From Macrostomum lignano (taxonomy: Eukaryota): a DNA stretch of 64,000 nucleotides. The position numbers and the translations under genes are program-made. The stretch lies in assembly GCA_002269645.1 (NCBI GenBank), contig NIVC01000551.1, positions 310,001-374,000 on the forward strand, given 5' to 3'. Each line of letters begins with the position of its first letter. The stretch's first letter is position 1. Below the pieces are notes generated by a model. That model made no database searches. It was not told where the DNA came from and saw only the letters and a program-made list of their open reading frames with translations. Positions 14,713-28,684 of the stretch are shown here, in pieces.

Positions 14713-15224
14713 TAGCAGATGACACGCCAGATCTGTCAGTCAACTTTGGCCATAGATATTAAGCTACGATCATCGTCATAATTTGAAAGATAAATTATTA
14801 ATTACCATCCTATTTCGTCAGTGAGTTATCAAAATTTAATGAAAAATTTTTCAGACATGTTGCCCAGTACAGTATAAAAGTTATTTATTTATCAAAACAG
14901 CTTTGTTATCTTTAAATGTAATTTTCAAATTTTGAAAGCATTCAAATTTTTAGCCTAAATCTGTGTGCGCTTTATGTTCAACAGATCAGACAAGAGGCTC
15001 TTTCTTCAAAGAGACGTGTCTTCATTTATTTTGAATCGCGAAAAGTTTAACCCACAGCGCACAGTTAATAATTCTTATCGCATGTTGTTATTCACCAAGA
15101 AAATAAATAAGGGTAATATATTGCTATTTAAACGTAAAATGAATCACAAAATAATCTTTGTCCTTTTCTGAACATAAAGGAGCATGAAAGATCGGATTTA
15201 AAGGAAGCTTGAGTATAGAGGCTG

Positions 15225-15590
15225 TAATTAAGCCTGTAAAGGAGACTGTAAATGCTGTAATGGAGACTGTAAGGGAGACTGTAAATGCTGCAATGGAGCC
15301 TGTAATGGAAACTGTAAAGGCTGCAATGGAGCCTGTAATGGAGACTGTAAAGGCTGCAATGGAGCCTGTAATGGAGACTGTAAAGGCTGCAATGGAGACT
15401 TTAAAGGCTGCAATGGAGCCTGTAATGGAGACTGTAAAGGCTGCAATGGAGACTGTAAAGGCTGCAATGGAGACTGTAATGGAGACTGTAAAGGCTGCAA
15501 TGGAGACTGTAAAGGCTGCAATGGAGACTGTAAAGGCTGTACTGGAACCTGTGGAGACCTGTAGAGACTGTCAACATAACCTGTAGAGAC
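15225..15590. repeat. 21/33-bp minisatellite
   Basis: gtaaaggctgcaatggagact / gcctgtaatggagact units. Confidence 0.9.
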
Positions 15591-15725
15591 CTGTGAAAAG
15601 TCTAGACTTCCATGAAAAGACCGTCTAGGGACTGAAAGGGACAAAAAAGAGCTACTTGAAAGATTAATATAAATATTAATGATGTAATAATTTTTAGATA
15701 ACAAAACAACTTGTAAGTAAAACGA

Positions 15726-17240
15726 TGGCGCAGAGCCATCGTGCCGACTTGGGGCCTCTCACCTAGAACGGTCCGTTGGATTTACACCGGCATCATCCGG
15801 CCCAGTATCACATATGCGAGTCTCATCTGGACTAGCGTGTTGGAGCACAAGACCGCCCGTCAGCGCCTGTACCAGCTTCAGGGCAGCATTTGCCGTGCCA
15901 TCACAGGTGCGTACCCGTCTACCCCCTACGAGGGGCTGAACACTATCCTTAACCTGCCTCCGCTTCACCTATTCATTAGGGCGGAGGCTATGAAGTCTGC
16001 CTCCCGGCTTATCAGAGATAAAACGCTAAATAACGCACCCTCTGGCTTTATGCCAATGAAAACATTAATCCCGCATATGGACTTTGTCCGCCGCGACCTT
16101 AACAACATCCACATGGACCTGGGCAATGTGGATAGTCGACCTCCCGCCCTCAACATCAGGAGGGGCTTCAAGACCGCCATCCCTGGCCGAGACAATATTC
16201 CGCTGGATGTCGGTGTGAACCGGCGCAGCCAGGGCATTCACTGCTTCACCGACGGCTCGCTGTTCAACGGCCGCGCTGGAGCGGGTATTGCCATTTTCCA
16301 CGAGGGTAAGATGCTTTTCCAGGAAAGTCTGAACCTCGGTGAGAACACCTCAGTTTTCCAAGCTGAAATTTGCGCCATTGAGCAGTGTGCCCAGCAACTG
16401 CTTCAGGCGAACATTAATAACTTTGACATTAATTTCTACACTGATAGCCAAGCTGCTATTAAGGCCTTAACCACTGAGAATATCTCCGCTACTACAGTAT
16501 CTCAATGCCACCGCAGTGTGCAATCTCTCTCAGTCCTTAACAGGATTAGAATTATCTGGACACCTGGTCACAGCAACATCCTGGGCAACGAGCTTGCGGA
16601 CTCTCTCGCCAAGGAGGGCAGCAACCCAGACGGCAACCATCGTCTGATGAGGCTACCCACTCCCAGGTTGCAAGTCACCCGCCATATCAACAGGTGGCTC
16701 CATCAGCAGCACCAGCTCCACTGGAACAGCTGCACCGAGTACAGGCAGAGCCGCTCTGCCATGCCTAACCTGAACAGGAAAGTCTCTGATTATCTGATTT
16801 CGCTTAACAGAACCGACCTCAGGGAGATGTGCATGGTCCTAACCGGCCACGGATTCTTCCAGAGACATATATCGTTGCAAACCGGTTGCCCTCCCACCTG
16901 TCCTTTCTGTGGCATAGGAGAGGAGACCGCGGAGCATCACGTCACCCTCTGCCCTTACTTCAACAAGGCGCGGCACAAATACCTCGGCCACCCCCAGCGG
17001 ATGGACGAGCTGACCACCCCGGACAATATCCGTGACCTGCGCGCCTTCGTCCGGGACTCCGGCCGGATGAGGGTCGCCGATGCCTCCACTGCGAACCTGC
17101 CGACTACTGGCGGGGACTGGGCGCACCCCCAGGGTTAATCCTTGTGCTCTTTTACCTTGGGGTTGCGATAGGGGCCTCGCGGCCTATTCGCGGCGCCTGC
17201 GCCCCCCGTCAGTAGTAAGTAGTAAGTAAGTAAGTAAGTA
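15726..17240 (+). mobile_element. 5'-truncated non-LTR retrotransposon (LOA/R1-like): RT thumb, RNase H, C-terminal Cys/His motif, (TAAG)n tail
   Basis: ORF 15741-17138: [15 protein letters not shown]...TP, RNase H FTDGS...[10 protein letters not shown]...TDSQAAI...[19 protein letters not shown]; tail agtaagtaagtaag 17211-17240; probable TSD aaacga (15720-15725, 17240-17245). Confidence 0.92.
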
Positions 17241-18477
17241 AACGAATAACTTTCAGCTGTAATTAAATAACTTTTCCCAGTTTTTATTATCAAATTTACC
17301 ACAAATTCACTTGCTCAAATACAATTCCAATTTTATATACGAGTATATTTTTTATTCAGCCATAACATTTTGTTCACAACTTTAAGATACACAAACAGAC
17401 GTAATTAGGGTTATGGTGCCACTATTAGTAGTATCAGTATTAGAAGTCGAAGATAACATTAAAAAAAGACATGACAAGTAATAAAAATCGTTCAATAGTC
17501 GATATGCACTACTTATAGAGTTTTTCTACTCATAGCAGTAGTGCGATACGGGTAGGGGCAAAACATGAGTTAGGAATGTGCAAGCAATAAAAGTGTCAAT
17601 CAGCAAGGCAGAGCAGAAGTTTCTATTTACAAGTTACTGGACCCAATATCGATAAAAGAACATCTCCTCCAATGCCTTGCAGAGAGGAAAGTACGACAAA
17701 ATTGATTAAAAAATTTAAGCAGAAAAACACACACAGTGCCGATATGTTGTTCAATACATGCAAATTGAGATTTTAGCTGTATATTGATATTTGATATTCA
17801 AAATTGTTTTGGAATGATTTGCGTAAAAACAATCGATACATGCGCTTGATACTACTGCAGGCACTTATGCTGCGTGGAGATGATTGATCAGTAAAACTGA
17901 TGAAGATTTTGTAGATAGAAGAAATTGGCAACAAGTACCAAGTAGTTGACAAAATAGGAAAAAAACACAGGTTAATAAAGAAAAAAGTTTACAAATTGAA
18001 AAACGTATACACAACTGACAAATATAGGAATGTGTTTAGAATAAATAATAGTGGAGTACAAAAGTGTCAGCTGTGAACAAGAGAATCCGGCGTACTTTTA
18101 AAAGGAATGTACTTTTACATGACAGCAAAATTGTTTCGTATAAAAACCGTTGATTTGCAGCTGCTAAAACTCAGTAAAACAAAGTACAATATAATAATAA
18201 TTGGATAAGTTGTATTGAATTTCGTTGGACAATTTGCGCTTTGTTAAGTTCTTTTCGATACATATCGGCTCGCATTTTCTTGAAATTAAAAAAGCTATGA
18301 TTTTGTTTTGAACTCTACTTAAATATATTCAGTAGTACCAATTCGGCTGACAAATTGTCCAAAAATTATAAGTAGAGCTACTTACTAGTTAAACAGTAGT
18401 ATTTGATGTATATTGGTGATCGAATGTTCGCGAAAAGCAGACTATATAAATAATTTCTTTATTGATAAAAAACGATG

Positions 18478-21400
18478 TTAAAAAGTCAGTTGACCGGTAA
18501 GCCAGGGTGAGACGAGGGCGAGGGCCACGGCTGCCAGAGTGGGCAGCAGGCTGGAAGCGGAGCCTTCACGGCAGGTCAGCATCCGGTAGCTGCAATGGTA
18601 GAGTTGAGGTGCTGGTTGATACTGGTCTGGGGTGGTTTATTGTCAACAAACTGATCATGTGACTATCATTATATCACTGATCTAATCACGTGACTATTGT
18701 ATCACTGATCTAATCACGTGACTAATGCATCACTGATCTAATCAGGTGACTATTGTATCACTGATCTAATCAGGTGACTATTGTATCACTGATCTAATCA
18801 CGTGACTAATGCATCACTGATCTAATCAGGTGACTATTGTATCACTGATCTAATCAGGTGACTATTGTATCACTGATCTAATCAGGTGACTATTGTATCA
18901 CTGATCTAATCAGGTGACTATTGTATCACTGATCTAATCAGGTGACTATTGTATCACTGATCTAATCAGGTGACTATTGTATCACTGATCCAATCAGGTG
19001 ACTATTGTATCACTGATCTAATCAGGTGACTATTGCATCACTGATCTAATCACGTGACTAATGCATCACTGATCTAATCACGTGACTATGAAATCACTGA
19101 TCTAATCAGGTGACTATTGCATCACTGATCTAATCACGTGACTAATGCATCACTGATCTAATCACGTGACTATGAAATCACTGATCTAATCAGGTGACTA
19201 TTGCATCACTGATCTAATCACGTGACTAATGCATCACTGATCTAATCACGTGGCTATTAAATCACTGATCTAATCACGTGGCTATTAAATCACTGATCTA
19301 ATCACGTGGCTATTAAATCACTGATCCAATCACGTAACTATTAAATCACTGATCTAATCACGTGGCTATTAAATCACTGATCTAATCACGTGGCTATTAA
19401 ATCACTGATCTAATCACACAACTATTAAATCACTGATCCAATCACGTAACTATCACACCACCGATCTAGACAAAAATGCCAGACAGAAAACCCAACTCAC
19501 TAATTTTGCTCATTGTTAACCATCTTCTCGTAGTTCTGCGACACCATACCGCCGGCGTGGAACCAGATCGACACGTCGTTAAACGGATATTCGTAGCCCT
19601 GCCGGCACTCGCACTTGTAGCTGTCCAACGCGAAGCGATTATTAATAATCGGCACGCACTGAAAAATTGCAACCAATTAGCGGGTGTGAAAGATAAACGC
19701 TAAACCCTGATTTGAGTGTCAGGCGAAAACATATAATCGAGGTCAATATTAAGGATAAGGTGAACACGGGACTAACGGGAACGATGCTTACTAACTGGTC
19801 ACCTTTGGCACCAATTAAATCGTCAAAGTTCGTCTTCTACCTGAGAAAGAGAAAAGAAGCACAGAGCACTGGCTTCCGTGACGATTCCATCAGTGCCAAG
19901 GGCGGACTCGAGTCAGTTTGGTAAAAGTAGCGTTGTACATGCATGTATGTAATAGTTTGAGCATTTACTGTAGGTAAAATATAACATACTTAACTGTTAC
20001 TGAGTGGGTCTAACAGCTACTGACTCTGTGTCTAACAGTCACTGACCTCGTGTCTAACAGCTACTGACCTCGTGTCTAACAGTCACTGACCTCGTGTCTA
20101 ACAGTCACTGACCTCGTGTCTAACAGTCACTGACCTCGTGTCTAACAGTCACTGACCTCGTGTCTAACAGCTACTGACTCTGTGTCTAACAGTCACTGAC
20201 CTCATGTCTAACAGCTACTGACCTCGTGTCTAACAGTCACTGACCTCGTGTCTAACAGTCACTCTGTGTCTAAAAGTCACTGATCTCGTGTCTAACAGCT
20301 ACTGATCTTGTGTCTAACAGTCACTGACCTCGTGTCTAACAGCTACTGACCTCGTGTCTAACAGTCACTCTGTGTCTAAAAGTTACTGATCTCGTGTCTA
20401 ACAGCTACTGACCTTGTGTCTAACAGTCACTGACCTCGTGTCTAACAGCTACTGACCTCGTGTCTAACAGTCACTCTGTGTCTAAAAGTTACTGATCTCG
20501 TGTCTAACAGCTACTGACCTTGTGTCTAACAGTCACTGACCTCGTGTCTAACAGCTACTGATCTTGTGTCTAACAGTCACTGACCTCGTGTCTAACAGCT
20601 ACTGACCTCGTGTCTAACAGTCACTCTGTGTCTAAAAGTTACTGATCTCGTGTCTAACAGCTACTGACCTTGTGTCTAACAGTCACTGACCTCGTGTCTA
20701 ACAGCTACTGACCTCGTGTCTAACAGTCACTCTGTGTCTAAAAGTTACTGATCTCGTGTCTAACAGCTACTGACCTTGTGTCTAACAGTCACTGACCTCG
20801 TGTCTAACAGCTACTGACCTCGTGTCTAACAGTCACTGACCTCGTGTCTAACAGCTACTGACTCTGTGCCAACAGTCACTGACCTCGTGTCTAACAGTCA
20901 CTCTGTGTCTAACAGTCACTGATCTCGTGTCTAACAGCTACTGACCTCGTGTCTAACAGTCACTCTGTGTCTAAAAGTCATTGAACTTGTGTCTAACAGC
21001 TACTGACCTTGTGTCTAACAGTCACTGACCTCGTGTCTAACAGCTACTGACCTTGTGTCTAACAGTCACTGACCTCGTGTCTAACAGCTACTGACTCCGT
21101 GTCTAACAGTCACTGACCTCGTGTCTAACAGCTACTGACATCGTGTCTAACAGTCACTGACCTCGTGTCTAACAGCTACTGACATCGTGTCTAACAGTCA
21201 CTGACCTCGTGTCTAACAGCTACTGACATCGTGTCTAACAGTCACTGATCTCGTGTCTAACAGCTACTGAATTTGTGTCTAACAATTACTCATTGTATCT
21301 AACAGCTACACACTGTGTCTAACACCAACAATGACAGTGTCTAGCAGCCAAATATCTCGAAACCAGCCCCAGCCCCACCCCCAGACTCACATAGGTAGTT

Positions 21401-24400
21401 TCATAGTGGCACGGGGCAGTGTTCTTAAAGTAATTAGCCTCGTAGAAGTTGGACGGGCACATGTTGATGTCCATCTTGGACAGGGGAACTGTGACGGTCA
21501 CCACACCGCTGAATTCCAAGGATTTGTAGGGCGATATGCCAAAAAATGGGACGGCAACGGTTATGACCCAGGCGTTAAGGTGACGCTTGTTGGGGTCCTT
21601 GTCCTTGTTGCAGTCAAAGTAGGGCTTGGACCAGTAGATGTCCTCGTATCTGGGCGCTCGATAATAGATCGGGAATCGCTGGAAAGGCTTAGACGAAGTG
21701 CCGTTCAGGTCGAAGCGAACGAACGGCTTGGTGACAAACTTCTCAAGACCGTAGGTGTTGGAGGCCCAGCGCTCTTTGAGTAGCTGGAGGGCGATGGGAT
21801 ATAAGAAGTAGCAATTGAAGATTATGAAGAATGGATTACGACAAAAGGCGAATAGTGAAGCCTTTGAATGTAGATATGGGATCTGGGAATATGGGATCTG
21901 GGATTATGGGATCTGGGAATATGGGATCTGGGAATATGGGATCTGGGATTATGGGATCTGTAAATATGATACCTAGGAATATGGCCATATGGGATCTGGG
22001 ATAATGGCATTTGGGAATATGGGATTCTAGATAATGAGATCTTGGAATATGGGATTTAGAACTTTGGGATCTGGGAACATGGGATTCGGGATTATGGGAT
22101 CTGGGAATAGGGATTGTGAAATTGAGGCATAGGGATTATGGGATCTGGGAATAGGGATTATGCTATCTGGGAATAGGGATTATGCTATCTGGGAATAGGG
22201 ATTATGGGATCTGGGAATAGGGATTATGCTATCTGGGAATAGGGATTATGCAATCTGGGAATAGGGATTATGGGATCTGGGAATACGGATTATCGGAATT
22301 GGGAATGGGATTATGTGATCTGGGAATACGGATTATGGGATCTGGGAATACGGATTATGGGATCTGGGAATAGGAATTATGAAATCTGGGCATATGGATT
22401 ATGGGATTTGGGAATAGGCTAGGGATTATGGGATCTGGGAATACGGATTCTAAGACTAACCTTGAACCAGTCGCGCTCATAGTAGGCCCGAGCTGCCTCC
22501 CAGCCTGCAGCGTCCTCGGCAACAAAGCTCAGCTCGCGCTGTTTCTGATCCGTCCGCTGCTCCGAACCCAGCTTGTAGGCCGTGGGACCAAAATACTCAA
22601 CTTTGTTGCGCAATTTCGGATTAAAAAATGCGTCCCGATCGTAATAGACACCAGACGACAAGATCCAGTGATCCGCCATGATGTTTGAGAACACCTCACC
22701 ATAGATCTGGTGCTCGTTCAGATATTTGTCACCATGGACACCGCCGTAGATTTCGTCCGGATTCACGTTCTGTTGGAAGGCGCTCAAGAAGTGCGCCAAC
22801 CTGATCGGTGATGGCGGAGGGTGGGGAACTGCGATTTATCACCTGAATTTATAGTTTATCACCTGACAATTAAGGGGTAAATCAATATAAAAATACAATT
22901 ATAGAAGAAAGTCAACACCCCTTTGGTAAAGACCAAAAAGAATGGTCTTTAGAGTCTAAGGACCTAAGAAGAATAGTCCTTGAAGAACCCGAGGACCTGG
23001 GAAGAATATTTCTTAAAACTATGGCCCTTAAGAACCTAGGGAGAAAGGTCCTTAACGATCCGAGGACCTAGGAAGAATGGTCCTTAACGATCCGAGGACC
23101 TAGGAAGAATGGTCCTTAACGATCCGAGGACCTAGGAAGAATGGTCCTTAACGATCCGAGGACCTAGGAAGAATGGTCCTTAACGATCCGAGGACCTAGG
23201 AAGAATGGTCCTTAACGATCCGAGGACCTAGGAAGAATGGTCCTTAACGATCCGAGGACCTAGGAAGAATGGTCCTTAACGATCTGAGGACCTAGGAAGA
23301 ATGGTCCTTAACGATCCGAGGACCTAGGAAGAATGGTCCTTAACGATCCGAGGACCTAGGAAGAATGGTCCTTAACGATCCGAGGACCTAGGAAGAATGG
23401 TCCTTAACGATCCGAGGACCTAGGAAGAATGGTCCTTAACGATCCGAGGACCTAGGAAGAATGGTCCTTAACGATCCGAGGACCTAGGAAGAATGGTCCT
23501 TAACGATCCGAGGACCTAGGAAGAATGGTCCTTAACGATCCGAGGACCTAGGAAGAATGGTCCTTAACGATCCGAGGACCTAGGAAGAATGGTCCTTAAC
23601 GATCCGAGGACCTAGGAAGAATGGTCCTTAACGATCCGAGGACCTAGGAAGAATGGTCCTTAACGATCCGAGGACCTAGGAAGAATGGTCCTTAACGATC
23701 CGAGGACCTAGGAAAAATGGTCCTTAAGAATCGGAGGGCTTGGGAAGAATGGTCCTTAAACAGCCGAGAAACTCTAAGTCAGCACACCCAGACTCACCTC
23801 AGAGCAGTTCTCGCCTGCACCTCAAACTGTTTATCAGCACCGAAGCCGACTTCTCCGGGCAGCACCAGTCGATCCGGAGGCTGGGCACCGCAGTTCTCGG
23901 GCGTGATAGATACGTACTGCCTCATCAAAGCTTTCACAGCGTTGTACCGATCAGAGGAGAAGCTGGACAGCCGGCCCAGGTAATAGATATTCTGCTCGCC
24001 ATAGTCGGCAATTGTTTCGATGTTTCGCTTCACTCGAGATTTGCGCTCGTCTAACAGGCGCTGAGTGGCCTCGGGCAGCGGATGGCGCGGCAGCAGCTTA
24101 GTGCTGACAATGCTGGGACTGGCCGTGGAGTTCCGGGCAGCGGATGAGCCGCCCGTGGCATTCTTCAGATAGCTCACTGCGGCGGACACGGCAGACTTAG
24201 CCAGTTGGACAAATCGCCTGACCCCAGTTCGTTGCAGTTTAGCCTGAGCGGCCGCCTGCTGGTCCTGACGGTCGTGCTCTTCAGCTCGAACCCGGAGCTC
24301 CGTCATGCTGCTGGCGTTGTATAGCCGCATCAGCTGGACTAGCAGCTTCACATCGTCAGCTGATCGTTTCCGGCGCCGATTGCCAGTTCCGGAATTGGAA

Positions 24401-27400
24401 ATGCCCGACTGGGTGAGCCGGTGAATTCGCCATCTAACTGGGATGCACTCGAATCGTTTGGCCTCCTCGTCCGAGGCCTGCTCAATGTTGCGGCCAAGGA
24501 AGGGGCCGTTCTGCCAGTAGGGGTAGCGGAAACCCGGCAGGCAGTGGCACATGTAGCCGCCACGTTGGAAACCGTAGCCGGGCAGGGGCTCGCACTGGAA
24601 TCGGGAATATCGTTAATACTTGATCCTCAATAGATTATCATTAATCCTTATTCCTCAATAGCACTTACCGTAGTAGTTGAACCACACCTGGCCACGCCGC
24701 TCAGGTAAGTGTGATCCGGCGACTCCACCCCTCTCTTGCAGGGGTCAAAGTCGATGCGGCGAAAGTCAATGTCCGACGTGGACACCGCTACGTACCTGAG
24801 GGGGGCAGGCACGTGTTTGGAATTGATGAGGTTGGAGGCTGAACCAGCAACTGACACTCTGGAAGGCTAGCCCAGCAACTGAGGATGTGGGAGGCTGGCC
24901 CAGCAACTGAGCATCTGGGAGGCTGGCCCAGCAACTGAGGATCTGGGAGGCTGGCCCAGCCAACTGAGGATGTGGGAGGCTGGCCCAGCAACTGAGGATG
25001 TGGGAGGCTGGCCCAGCAACTGAGCATCTGGGAGGCTGGCCCAGCAACTGAGCATCTGGGAGGCTGGCCCAGCAACTGAGCATCTGGGAGGCTGGCCCAG
25101 CAACTGAGGATGTGGGAGGCTGGCCCAGCAACTGAGCATCTGGGAGGCTGGCCCAGCAACTGAGGATGTGGGAGGCTGGCCCAGCAACTGAGGATGTGGG
25201 AGGCTGGCCCAGCAACTGAGCATCTGGGAGGCTGGCCCAGCAACTGAGGATCTGGGAGGCTGGCCCAGCAACTGAGCATCTGGGAGGCTGGCCCAGCAAC
25301 TGAGGATGTGGGAGGCTGGCCCAGCAACTGAGGATGTGGGAGGCTGGCCCAGCAACTGAGGATGTGTGAGAAAACAGCCAGAAGAGAAGCAGGAAGCTAC
25401 ATCAGACAAGCTATATAAGTCCTATGATTCAGTGCCGCCAGATACGCGCGCAACCATTTACGCATTCAAGCAGACTTAACTGCAAACAAGCCCGACAACA
25501 GGTGGCTGAGGCCAGCCAATCAGAATAGAAAATGGTCCTGAACAATTTCTAAAATTACTTCAAACAGCTCCCAGCCTACTCAAGCCTTCACGTTCATCAA
25601 TTATAATTAAAATCGAATCAACAGTTTTGCCTAGGAGCTGTTAAAATAGAACAATTACGCAAAATTATTCTCAAAATACACAGATGCTTAAGCCAATCAA
25701 TGGATGTTTGAATGGATGATCAATGGAGCAGACAATTGAGAAAGCAGGCGCACACGCTCACACAGGGCGTATAGCTACCCTTTTCAAAGCTTAGTTCAAT
25801 TTTCACTGGCCATGTATAGTGCTAGAAAGTTATTGACGATACATATCGGCGGAGAGTCATTATTGTCGGCTTCATTTTTATATATCTTATCTCCCTCTCT
25901 CTTATCTGCCTCTCTCTTATCTCCCTCTCTCTTATCTTCCCTCTCTTCAATCTGCCTCTCTCCTGTCTCCCTCTCTCTTATCTGCCTCTCTCCTGTCTCC
26001 CTCTCTCTTATCTGCCTCTCTCCTGTCTCCCTCTCTCTTATCTCCCTCTCTCTTATCTGCCTCTCTCCTGTCTCCCTCTCTCTTATCTGCCTCTCTCCTG
26101 TCTCCCTCTCTCCTGTCTCCCTCTCTCCTATCTGCCTCTCTCCTGTCTCCCTCTCTCTTATCTCCCTCTCTCTTATCTCCCTCTCTCTTATCTGCCTCTC
26201 TCCTGTCTCCCTCTCTCTTATCTGCCTATCTCCTGTCTCCCTCTCTCCTATCTGCCTCTCTCCTGTCTCCCTCTCTCCTATCTGCCTCTCTCCTGTCTCC
26301 CTCTCTCCTATCTGCCTCTCTCCTGTCTCCCTCTCTTCTCTCTCTCTCTCGTCTCCCTCTCTCATCTTTCCCATCTCTATCCAATAAACAGCCAGCAAGA
26401 CAGGCACTCACTTGGGACTGCGCAGGTTAGTCTCGATACTGTAGCGCCTCATAAAGTCGATAACGGGGCCAACACTGCTGACTAGCCACATGTTGGTCCT
26501 GCCGCAGTCGAAGTAGGGCCTACTAAAGTACACAGGCTGATAATTCTCTTGAATGCCAGGCGATGGCGGGCCGAAGAACCTTCGAGTCACGTTGGGAGTT
26601 TTGCCCATCACGCCGGGGGAGCTAGAGTTGTAGATGTTGTAGTCGTACTGGTGCTTGGCTTGGTTGTCCGTTCTGCGCGGGCGGGGTGACAGCAAGGTGA
26701 CAGAATGATATACACTGCGATACAAATTTGTCAGTACATTCTCGCATCTACCTACTACTTTATCTACTTACTTTACAAACTAGTAAAGTAGTCTAGTAAA
26801 TCGGATTAATTGTCATTCTCAAATATAAAATCTGCTCAATCCTTTATCCAGAAGCTGCTCAATCATTTATCCAGAAGCTGCTCAATCCTTTATCCAGAAG
26901 CTGCTCAATTTTTTATCAAGAAGCTGCTCAATCATTTATCCAGAAGCTGCTCAATCCTTTATCCAGAAGCTGCTCAATCCTTTATCCTGAAGCTGCTCAA
27001 TCATTTATCCTGAAGCTGCTCAATCCTTTATCCAGAAGCTGCTCAATCCTTTATCCAGAAGCTGCTCAATCCTTTATCCAGAAGCTGCTCAATCCTTTAT
27101 CTTGAAGCTGCTCAATCCTTTATCCTGAAGCTGCTCAATTCTCTATCCTGAAGCTGCTCAATCCTTTATCTTGATGCTGCTCAATCCTTTATCCTAAAGC
27201 TCTTCAACCCTCTATCTAAGCTACCAAATGTACTCTAACATATTCATTAAAAAATCTGCGTTAGAAAAAGGGGCAGTTCTACCTGAGATCTGGTATGAAG
27301 TCAATCTTAATCCTAGGATCGGGATCGTACAAGAACAGCGGATTAAGCCGGTGCCATCTAGCCGTGTAGTTGTGATTCGGCCCGGCGCCCAGGTCCTCCA

Positions 27401-27980
27401 CTATAATAGTGTTATTGGTGGGCTCGCGCAGCCAGTTAACATTATCCTGATAGTCGTCCAAACGCCAGGCCTTCGGTCCAAACAGCGGCAGAGTCTGGTT
27501 AAAATTGAGTATAGTAGGAAACCAGTTGGCGTACTGGCAGTGAGTGTCAAACAGAATGGATGAACCATTGAGCAGGCCAGGCGCTGAGGTCACGGTAGCA
27601 GCTGAGCTCAGGTAATAGTACATGAATCCTGGCAACAAAGGAAAATCAAATTCAGACTCGTTCAATCGCTGCAGGATATAGGAGAAGAAGTAGCCTCGGT
27701 TCAGCGCCATGTTGTGCAGATGGATCAGCTTAGTTCGATTGGGGAATACCACAATCTGAGGCAGAACGTTAAACTTGGGCACCTGACCCAGAGTGTTCAC
27801 TGGCAGCCGCAGCGAGTCAATGCTCATCTCTTTGCAATTCTTTTCATCCACGCTGATCATTTTCTCCATGATCAAATCGAAATTGTCCCTGTGCATCCAA
27901 TCGTAGGGACCAATAGCGATTGAATAGCCAATTAGCAGGCAGGCTGCCGACACTGCGATGGCCAAACTGCCGCGGCCCAT
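18478..27980 (-). CDS. Secreted/GPI-type protein with two tandem Cache-like + EGF-like modules (GPR158/179 ectodomain-like); exons 27980-27283, 26672-26412, 24795-24669, 24594-23798, 22800-22461, 21783-21391, 19658-19501, 18589-18478; 961 aa
   Basis: All seven introns are GT-AG and phase-compatible (2886 nt). N-terminal signal peptide; repeated motifs [66 protein letters not shown]; hydrophobic GPI-like C-terminus [23 protein letters not shown]. Confidence 0.88.
18660..19450. repeat. 28-bp intronic minisatellite
   Basis: tcactgatctaatcaggtgactattgta units. Confidence 0.95.
20005..21300. repeat. 22-bp intronic minisatellite
   Basis: tgtctaacag(tc/ct)actgacctcg units. Confidence 0.95.
21875..22440. 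repeat. Intronic minisatellite with CTGGGAAT core
   Basis: gggattatgggatctgggaata variants. Confidence 0.9.
23045..23750. repeat. 32-bp intronic minisatellite (homogeneous, internal AGGACC/GGTCCT inverted motif)
   Basis: ccgaggacctaggaagaatggtccttaacgat x ~22, no spacers. Confidence 0.97.
24865..25365. repeat. 28-bp intronic minisatellite
   Basis: tgggaggctggcccagcaactgag(c/g)at(c/g) units. Confidence 0.95.
25885..26365. repeat. CT-rich intronic minisatellite
   Basis: tctgcctctctcctgtctccctctctctta variants. Confidence 0.9.
26830..27210. repeat. 23-bp intronic minisatellite
   Basis: ctgctcaatcctttatccagaag units. Confidence 0.93.
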
Positions 27981-28684
27981 TTTGATACTACTGCATGCAG
28001 TAAGTAGGCAGGTTAAGCGTTTTAATTTCTTATTTATTATACTATTATAAACAAGAGTAATTCCTATAGATTTACATTCTGTAAAAACAATTTATTGATA
28101 GAAAATATGTCCAAAAGTCTGTTTGCAACATTTTGACTTTGATTTGAACTTTGAAGTTATCTTTTCCTTTTTGTTTTCATGTGGTTAGCAAAGAATCTTG
28201 GGTATACAACTATATCCCACTAGCATTAGTATTAGTAAGGTTGTCCAAAGTCAGAACTGCATCCAAGAATGCTTTTAGTCCACAGGTCCTATGTGAAAGG
28301 TTTTGAAATATTTGTAGGTTGAACACAAACTTTGACTTTGTACTAAAGAATAAATTCATTGACATGTGATTGACAATGACATTGCACTGTTGAAATATTG
28401 GATCTATCTAGATATTCTAAGGCCCACTACAAATGGGTCACATTTGGCACTAAATTGATGAATTAAAAGCTTATTAATTTCCTAGCTGAATAGCAAAAAA
28501 ATAGCACATACTCTAAAATATAGAGAATAACATTTTTACTTAACTATTTATTTAGCAAAGTTATTTTTTTTTGCAAAAAAACCCATTTTCATTCAACTTT
28601 ACCTTTTATATACATGTTGGCAAATCATAGGACCCTCAATGAAGACCATATTAATTTTTAAAGGAAATTAATTCTGCTTTAAAT

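Noticed and set aside
15209-15586. METVKAA coiled-coil-like ORF
   Set aside because: Coincides exactly with a 21/33-bp tandem repeat; no clear gene context
23045-23750. 32-bp hairpin-containing repeat as a CRISPR array
   Set aside because: Head-to-tail copies with no unique spacers, no cas genes, located in a eukaryotic intron
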